NCBI RefSeq assembly: GCF_947568905.1
Contig: NC_079167.1
Coordinates: 35,774,001-35,838,000 of the forward strand
Direction of reading: 5' to 3'
Length of the DNA stretch: 64,000 nt
Source of the DNA: Ostrea edulis
Lineage: Eukaryota
Shown here: positions 23,101 through 33,551 of the stretch, piece by piece
Numbering within the stretch: position 1 is the first letter of the stretch
Layout: each line of letters opens with the position of its first letter
Translations under genes and position numbers: made by a program
Notes under the pieces: model-generated
Database searches by the model: none
What the model was told of the DNA's origin: nothing
What the model saw: the letters and a program-made list of their open reading frames with translations, nothing else

Positions 23101-26100
23101 GACAATTCTGAATGTTCTGATTTAAAAAAAAAAAACAACTAATTCCCACTGCTGACTTTTTGAAATCACATGCAACATTGTAAACAACTTACCTGATTCC
23201 TAAATATCATTAAGTATTTGATGGCATCTGCTTTTAATATGGGAGTAGCAGTGACTGAAATGAAAATGATTCATGATTTTTTTTTTAAAGATAACATGCA
23301 GTACCCCATACTTCTATTGTCTATATATCCATCATAGAGAAAATACATACTTAAGTAAATACACAAAAAGTATATCGTATTTATTCAATTTTCAATAAAG
23401 CAATGGGATCAAATAATGCTGAATAGACATTTTACCGTCAGAATTCTGAATGTCAGGGAGAATATGTGCTTGGTAGAAATCTGTAATGTTGACAAGGGTA
23501 CTCGTTTGTGTAATGCCATGCTGTAAAGGAAAAAAAAAAATCTTTTCATTTTAGAGAGAAGAAAGATTGAGAGAAAAGATAAAACAGAGAGAAGAGAGAG
23601 AGAGGCTACGACCTTCATTGTTTGAGCTTTTGCTGCTAATGACGTCACTAAGTACACGGCGACATCTTTAGCTTTCCAGTTTTGAGTGGGATTAGCAGCA
23701 TACTCCTGAAAACCAAAGTTGTACATTTTTAACAAGCTGATAAATAAAAATAGGTTAATAGATTAAATCAGCATAAAACAATTTGAAGGTCCTTGTAGCT
23801 ACAGTTTTATATCTTTCTTATTAACAACACAATTCTGATTTTGAAAGTGGATAAAAAATTGTCAATAGTGAGTCCTGAGTATCTTTAAATACCTGAAGGA
23901 GACCCTGAACATACTGAGTATCTTTAAATACCTGAAGGAGACCCTAAACATACTGAGTATCTTTAAATACCTGAAGGAGACCCTGAACATACTGAGAGAA
24001 GTTCTGGATGACCGGTCCCTCAAACGATTTACATAGGGCCTGGACAAGGTCACAAGCAGCTCTTCTTCTGGTGTCCACATCTACAATAAACATCAAACGA
24101 AAGGTTAAAGGTCACATACTTGGAAGTATTTATGCTAGGGTAAAACTTGAGATTTTTTTGGTATACCTAACTGTTTTAAAGGGTTGGGGGGGTTTAAGGG
24201 GCTTTTGGGAGTAGAGATCCTATTCAGTATCGTAACAATACATTGGCTCAGTGGTGCACCATATTAAGCATGCACTAGAAACTCACACCTTCCATATAGT
24301 CACAAAATAGTCGGATCAATCTAGAAACATTTACATTTCACTTTATGGTGTTTCTGTGACATTTCGACATTAATAATTTTTCCAACCTGATCCTTCGATG
24401 TCCCGCCTAATGTATTCCTCTGGGTTGTCCTCAAACAGCTCCTCATCAGCGTCTGTAAATGTGCATGCATAAAGACGGTTAAATCTAGGGTAAAGCCATC
24501 ATGATCAAATCAAATTTAGTTTACAATAATACAATAGCCAACTGCATCGAGAATAATGGCTCACTTCTGAACTGCATATTAGGGACTATGACTTTCTCAC
24601 AGATACTGGCCAGGGTGGCTGGATCTTCGAACAGGTGTTTATAAGAGGGACGCTCAGCAACAGATGCCAGGAATTGAATGGCATTGCTGACCAGCTGAAA
24701 AAATACACCATTAAATTATATTAGCATCTTTATAATAATCAATTCCAATTGTGAATAATTTATACTATTTTACTCACCAACTTAATTCGCTAAAGTACAT
24801 ATATATGTATCAGAATATAGCCTATAACATACTTATTAGAGGGCGAAGCCCTCTCACGGCCCGAAGGGCCGTGAGAGCGGAGCTCTCCCTATAGGTAACA
24901 CGTATACATATACATGTTTAAAAGGAAAATATAGGAAAATAATGAAAAATTAAACCATAGCTATGGAACTTGAAAAGTTTGGTACCAATGGCATCGATTC
25001 GAATAACATCTCAGAACGACGTGAACTAGGGTAGACGAGATTCAAAATGGAGAAATACATGTCCACGCGCTAATATACACATAAAATCCGTAAAAGCATG
25101 TGAATCTTATTTTCTTAATCATATATAATCACTCCACGATTAACGCCATGTTTTTTGTTGTGGTTCAAACGCTATGTTTGTAAATTTGCTAAATAACGAC
25201 GCTGAATATGACGTCACAATGTACTGTTTACATCAATTTGCGTTATATTTCCCGCGTTCAATATATAGGCGGATCAAATGTCAAAAATTAGGATGCTTTG
25301 ATACAGCTCCGTCCGCGTGCTAACTTCGGGTTGTTTTTGTCCTGTTTTGGATATAGATACTAATGCTAAAACTTTTTTGCTTCGCCCTCAAACACGGTTA
25401 CACCGTAAAACATATTATGTAAATATGTAAAATTGTATAATTTTATAGAAAAATGATAATACACTGTACATGTGCAATTAAAAAAATAAAACACAAGGAT
25501 CTCAGACACAAGGATCTGAGACAACATAAACCCTTACAATAATGGTGACGCGTGTGTATCATTATGTAATAATCTTATAATATTCAATATATGACACTGT
25601 AAACTTTGAATATTAACTTGCAGATGAATCCAATTGACCACTTACAGCATCATATTTGACCTGCAGTCCTGTCGAGACCAGGAGATTCCAGATGGCGGTG
25701 ACGAATGCTGGCAACTGAGGGGAGAATTCCTCGTCGTATTTCTGGGCGTACAATGCCACATTGTCACACACCTGAGATTTCACCTGTTCCAGTAGCCCTG
25801 CCTCTTCTTCATCCTGAAAATAAATTAAAATTTGTCTTAAATATGAAAAATTTAATCATTAAAGCAAGCAACAAGGAAAGTTCTAAATGTTGAATTATGA
25901 TATGTACATTTACAGCGAACTAGACTGGTTGAGAGAAATATAATCAAATTTGATTTTATTGATGTTCACTTTAAAAACTAGGGAAATAGCTGCAAAAGAC
26001 ACTGCAATCAACTCAGATTTACCTGTAAAAGCAATCTACGCTTGAGTAACTTTTTGACCTAAATTCAGACCAAATGTGATACTTGGCTGACCAAATTGTA

Positions 26101-29100
26101 AAGTTTATTGATCAATTCAGCAGGCAATTGAAAATGCAACTGGTCTTTTGTAATTTGCTGTAATAAGCATACAAGTCTAAAAGAGAACTTGAAAACACAT
26201 TTTGATTAGCTCTTGAAATACAAAATAATCAATGAGCACTAGAAACTTTTGCAATGCATAATGAACACATGAAAGATGTTCAACAAATCAACGTGTAAGT
26301 GTGCTTGTTAATGACGACATATACCTTATATTTCATCAAATAGAATGTATCTAAACAACAAATATGGGTTTTTTAGAGGTAAACTTTAGAATTCAAATCT
26401 TATGCTGATTTGCAGTGTAGAACAAGGTCTACTTGGTCTCAAACTGTCTAGACACAATTGTCATGATTGTAAAGTCTTACCTATGGACTTTTAGGTCTAC
26501 TTATTGCAAACAAACTCTCAATATTCAACTCTATTCTGTTTGCATGGAGAGGAATTGAAGAAGAATGTTATAAAGTTCTTTAGAGGGGAGTGGAATCTTG
26601 GGGGGGGGGGGGGGGGTCAAGATCAAACTGGTAGTACCAGATAGACATCTACAAAATCTGCTGCCAGAATTCTTAACTCTTATGCCATGTTTACATTGAA
26701 ATAATTCCAATGTTATTTATTACAATTGTTTTGATTGGACAAAAATAAAGCTGAACAAGAGTTTATACATCAATAAATCCGAAAACGCGATGTATTCATA
26801 CACGCCTGAAAACAAATAACATAGTGTGGGGAAACTATTCAAAATTTTACAATTGTTAGTAAAGTGAATGAATTGGAATTATAAGAATCAAACATTCTTT
26901 TTGAAGAATTTATCGATGTGTAAACTCCGGACATTTTACTCACAAACTTAACATAAAAGTGCTTTGCACTTTCATTCAGTTTGTGAGTAAAATGTCCGGA
27001 GTTTACACATCTATAAATTCTTCAAAAAGAATGTTTAATCCTATAATAAAGTTTATTTCAATCAAATGTTACTATTGTGTCAATGATCCAATGATACATA
27101 TAGATATATATTTACGTTTTGGTACATACTGGTCTGCCATTAACCTCTCTGTTAAAGGTTTAAACTTTATTCATTTTATGATAATCAACTAACCAGTTCC
27201 ACAACTTATATCAATGATTCTTGTCGGCGCAAAGGGTTATCAGTATCTGTCAATGACTTACTTGTGTCTGCAAAAGTTTATTGTCTGCACTCAGCAACGC
27301 CAAAAAGTGAGCCATCCAGATGCTCATGTTGTCCTCAAAATGCTCAGGTAAATCCTGCAAGTACAATGTAATATTAAAGTAGAAATTGTCTTGATAATCA
27401 AGAACGAATACTGTAAATGCTCAGTACATGATACAGAGTATGAAGACTGCTGTAAATTGCCGGAAAATTCCAGATTAGTTATTTCACAAATATAAAACAA
27501 CTGTGAACACAAATGAAAGTCAAACAATCCAAGATATACTGCTTCATAGAAGTAAGTCACTCCATTTTAGAACTATAATTTTCACCTACTTTTATGTCAC
27601 ATGTGCAAGAAACTTACCTGAAAGTTCAAACTGTAGAAAATTTTGCAAATTAGAACTATGGAACTGAAGATGACCTTGAGTGCACTTGGGTCAGATGCAT
27701 GTTTTGTAGCTAAGTCCATTGTTGCCTAGGAATATAGACATAAATCAGTTTATGGGATATAATTTTTTTTGGTTGATATTGTAAATACTGTGAACAGTTT
27801 TAAATGCAATGTCTCGCAAAATTAAAATAACTGCTTACATTGAAGAGCTCCGTAAATGCCTTGGCAAAATTTTCCAAAACAAATTTGATTTCTTCCCAAA
27901 GTTTCTGGGATTTAAACTCATGTCGATATCTGAAAATCAAAGTATGTTGTCATAATTCCATAAACATGAAGTTGTATATAGAAAAGGGAGCACTGTCTTT
28001 GTGTGATAGGAAAATATGTTCCTCATTTATGAACCCCTAACTGGGATTCACAGAAAGCTGGAAGAAAAACCTCCAGTAATACATATTTGTACAGCAACTG
28101 CTATTGTGTCACCGATCAAAAACTTTCTAACACAGCTTGGAGTTTACTAGTTCGTGAATTAATAAATGGAGAAAATGCCAGACTGAAGAAAATACCAATG
28201 ATCGAAAATCGATGGATTGTAAACAAGACGTACAGCTTCAGTGTGTACAGTAATAGTAAATAAGACGTATAGCTTCAATCGTATAGCTTCAGTGTGTACA
28301 GTAATAGTTAACAAGACGTATAGCTTCAGTCGTATAGCTTCAGTGTGTACAGTAATAGTAAACAAGACGTATAGCTTCAGTGTGTACAGTAATAGTAAAT
28401 AAGACGTATAGCTTCAATCGTATAGCTTCAGTGTGTACAGTAATAGTAAACAAGTCGTATAGCTTCAGTGTGTACAGCAATAGTAAACAAGACGTATAGC
28501 TTCAGACGTATAGCTTCAGTGTGTACAGTAATAGTTAACAAGACGTATAGCTTCAGTGTGTATAGCAATAGTAAACAAGACGTATAGCTTCAGACGTATA
28601 GCTTCAGTGTGTACAGTAATAGTTAACAAGACGTATAGCTTCAGTGTGTATAGCAATAGTAAACAAGACGTATAGCTTCAGACGTATAGCTTCAGTGTGT
28701 ACAGTAATAGTAAACAAGACGTATAGCTTCAGTGTGTATAGCAATAGTAAACAAGACGTATAGCTTCAGACGTATAGCTTCAGTGTGTACAGTAATAGTA
28801 AACAAGACGTATAGCTTCAGTGTGTACAGTAATAGTAAACAAGACGTATAGCTTCAGTCGTATAGCTTCAGTATGTACTGCAATAGTAAACAAGACGTAT
28901 AGCTTCAGTGTGTGCAGCAATAATCTGAGCCCCTCATATCCTTTCGGACTGATTGATGGAGATTTTGAAAAATGTCTGAGGTGGGATTAGGAAAAAGATC
29001 ATTAAAATAATATGAACTACTGTATCGATATGCACTCTGCAAGAATAAGCATTAAGATTGGTCCTATATTGCCTAAAGGCGACATTGCAAGGGTCACTCT

Positions 29101-29908
29101 GACAAGCATGTGTGAAAGAATTATTTTTGTTTTAGCTTTCCACCTTCCATTCTTCCTTTTCTTTTGTCACCTTCTATTGAGTTTTCTTTTTCTTTTGATG
29201 CCCTGACTGAGTAGACTGTGTGGAACCAAGACACATCCAATTTTGAAGGGACTAGGGTAGGGAAATCCAGAAAAATACTTTCATGATATTCCTATGCTTG
29301 TCGCTTAATATTCAAGGATATATAAAATCAGACAGAATTATCAATCGGATGCAACTTTCTCTAACAATGTTATGATATCCCCCCCCGATCTCAATTTTGG
29401 CAATTATGCATTTTACACCACGGCTGTCAAAAGGATATTGAAAAATTCTACAATTACTATTTTTCTCAAGTTATTTGATTTGGAACAGTTTCTCTATCAA
29501 GAAACATCACACATAATTGACTAATCAACTTTGACTTATCCATAATTCTAATTACTCTCTGATTGTGGCAATAAGTAAATGTACAACCATTTAATTGAAA
29601 AATTTCTCCTCTAAATTCAACTAATAATCAAAGTCCGAATAAGAAGTTTGATACAAATGATTTCATATTATGATACAGCTTTCTTTTTGGGAAATCTAAT
29701 TGCAATTTGGGCTAAACAAATAGCATTTTCAATCACGTATGGGGCCTTATTTTGACCTTACAGGACCCCAACAAAAATCATTGAGGAAGCTGTTACAAAA
29801 CTGTTATAAATTCAAAATTTTCTACCATATCAATAGATTTAATTCATGCTTAAACCGAATTAGAAACTTTACGACATATAGTAAAACATAGTGTACAAGG
29901 TGAGAGTA

Positions 29909-29940
<32 letters not shown>

Positions 29941-31106
29941 GTGGTTGGTTGATTAACGAGAGAAGTCAATACTGTAAAGGTGTCGGTGTATTCTTAATTA
30001 ACATATAGTGAATTGAATACGATTGATGAGACTAGGCACTTAAAATTTAAACACAAATGATAAAATAAGCTGGTAACAAGTTTGCATCACCATATGATTT
30101 AACTTACTTCTAACACGAAATTTGATTGGTTCATTTGACTTTACTTGTAACACACAATTTGATTGGTTCATTTGACTTTACTTGCAACACGCAATTTGAT
30201 TGGTTCATCTGACTTTATCAACATTCTTTCTATCATATAAACAATGTTGCTGCTTAGTCCCACTATGTGACGTCCTAGGAATGATGTCACAAACGGCTGG
30301 TTTTTCCATTTTTATTTTCTTGCTACGTCAATATTGGTCTGCATTATATAAAATTCATATTTCCTTTATAATTATTCATCAAATAATATCAAACGCAATT
30401 TACTAAATTAAATTATTTGGGATGTGTAATGTTATTCAAGTTATCTGTGTACAACTTAATGATTGTGTATATAAGAATCACGGGTACGACTTGTTAAGTT
30501 ACAGTTCATTAGATAAACGTTTGAAAGTTGCACGTCTTGTCTCCTGTTTCTATACAAGAATATTACAGGATGTAAGTAATTTTTCCTCATTATATATGAT
30601 ATAAAGTAAGTTGGGACAGTTTACGCTATTCTAAACTTCACTTTGCAGTTTATAATGTGTGAAGTTCATATCATATAAAATTAGCAAAAATTACTTTCAT
30701 AGCTTAAAAAAAGTGCATGCAGGACATAGAAATGTGGTCATGCCGAATCCATCTAGTGTAGTTCAGGTTCAATCGTCACCAAAGAATTTGCCAACAAAAT
30801 GCAAATAATAGTAAAATGCTGCCTGCGGTGCTTGGCCATCTTGTGTGCACATCACTATTTTTCATTTGTGTGTAATTCTGTGCCTATCAATGATTTTACT
30901 AAAATACAAAGAAATAGTAAAATAATAGTAAAAAATCCATATTCATTTTTTGGGAGATTGAGTAATATTCAGTTTCCTGTATAACAACATCTACAACCCT
31001 GGTTTTAGTACAAGAAGGATAAAAAGAAGGTTGTGTACACTTTTTTATGTGCAATAAATTATAAATATAACAAATAAAGTTGAAAAATGTCAGAATGCCA
31101 TTGTAT

Positions 31107-31140
<34 letters not shown>

Positions 31141-33201
31141 ACTCAAATATATTTGTGATCCATAGTGCACAGAGTGAGTATTATAAGGGGCCTAGATATT
31201 TAACAACCTCCATCACGACTCAATGTCAACAGGAGTAAGTGTTATAAGGGGTCGAGATATTTAACAACTTCCATCACGACTCAGTGTCAACAGGAGTAAG
31301 TGTTATAAGGGGTCGAGAGATTTAACAACTTCCATCACGACTCAGTGTCAACAGGAGTAAGTGTTATAAGGGGTCGAGAGATTTAACAACTTCCATCACG
31401 ACTCAGTGTCAACAGGAGTAAGTATTATAAGGGGTCAAGATATTTAACAACCTCCATCACGACTCAGTGTCAACAGGAGTACTGTAGACTCTTTTTGACT
31501 TGATCAGCCTCAAAACTCTCATGACAAGTTCTGCATTATTTTCACCTATACAATGTCAATAAATCAACTATTAAACTATTATACCTTTTAAACAAGGAAT
31601 GTGCTGTGTGTAGAATTCCATTTATGACATAGAAGTCACCAGTCTGGAATTTCTCTACCATCTCTGTAATGAGGTTCGGCCATTTGTCTGGGAAGTCTTC
31701 CCTCCCTATTATGCTGATAGCATCACTTAACTACAACAATTAATGACAATCTATAATCATAAACAAAAGTAAGCAGTACATAACTAAATTTACTTCTTTT
31801 TCTAATAATAAGTTAAGTGGGTATGATTTCTGGTGGTTATAAACATATTTTGCCTCTCCCCTTTTAAGACTGAAGAGATAAATGCACAATGAAGAAGATC
31901 AGAAAAATATTATCACTTACATTCAGAGTATGCATGTGTATACTTGCCTGTTTCTGAATTTGTTCCGGACTCTTTAACATCAGACCGACAATTTGTTGTT
32001 TAATTGTGTTGCGGTCATTGTCATGGATCTTGTCTGTATCAATCTATTCCACAAAAACAAACAAAATGAGATCTGTACTCAAAATTTTATGACTTCATGT
32101 ATCTATTAATACAAACAATCTCTTGTTTTAAATTTAGCTACTGAAAAAATAAACAAAGTAAAGATTTTACCACTCTCCAATTGCGTCTGATGAAATTTTT
32201 GAAAGTGACTGCGGAGCTAACACGAAGGTGAGGCTCTACCCCATCTCTGTCCAGGAGTGTCAAAAGAAGAAGGCCATAGTTTTGATTTGCCTCTACAGAT
32301 TCCAGAAACTGTTCAGCTGAAAAAAAAAAAAAGGTATAATATTTGTACTTGGCCATATTCAAAAAAATGTGATGTAAATAGTAAATGTGTCTATTAAACA
32401 GTGTATACATTATCAACATTCATTTTCAAGGTACTGATACACAACTTGAGAAGGAAAGCTGTTTGGAAAACAATCCACCACAAAAATACATGGAAATAGG
32501 CCAACTTATTTTCAAATGGATAAAGCATGAAAAAGGTCAATTACATTTTTTCTTATGACTCTGAAACTTTTATTTGATACTTTTCAAACATGAAATACCT
32601 AGTCCAAGTTGATAATTTCTGAAGCACTAACTTGAGGTTTGAATTAGGGCTGAAACAATTGACCGAATTATTGATACTGTTCAATATAAATGCTTCATTC
32701 AATGTTCATATCATTGCCTCGATCTTTGGTTCGATATATTTTTTAAAAACTGGGTTTGGTAAAATACATTGGGCTTGACCTGTACTTGTTATTTTTACAT
32801 GCATGAGGGAAAAAATGGCGTCCGATAGTAGTCAGACTGTTAGCCTTGAGTCCGACAAAAACAATAATGAACTTAATCATTTTAAACTACAGTCAACAGA
32901 CATTTCACCGTTCGGCAGTTTTGGAAATAGTTTACTTTTGAAATTGTGACTGTGAGTCGTCGTATTTAAATGTTTCTTCAAAGTTATTATTGGTTTCTTC
33001 TATAAAATGTATCGTATTGAAAATATTGAATCGTGGCTGTATTGCAATACGTATCGTATCGTGAAGGGGGCATATCGTTTCAGCCCTAGTTTGATTGTGA
33101 TTACACCACTGTGGCACGGATTCGCAATCAAAGGGGCATTAATTGCCTGGGTCAGTTTTGCTGATTCTTACCAAAATGACTAAAACACCTTTACAAGATA
33201 T

Positions 33202-33232
<31 letters not shown>

Positions 33233-33355
33233 TCGATAATGGCCAATTTCAAAGATGGCCAATGTCACAAAGACAAATATCTTGGTACCGGTAGAAAGAT
33301 CTTGTCACAAGAAATCCTCATGTGTAATATGAAAGCTCTAATATTTACCATTTAG

Positions 33356-33386
<31 letters not shown>

Positions 33387-33447
33387 GTAGGTCAAACTCC
33401 AAGGTCAAGGGTAAAAAATGTTGGTACCCATAGATAGGTCTTATCAA

Positions 33448-33484
<37 letters not shown>

Positions 33485-33520
33485 TACTGTTCAAAAGTTA
33501 ATAGCAATGTTAAAGTTTCA

Positions 33521-33551
<31 letters not shown>

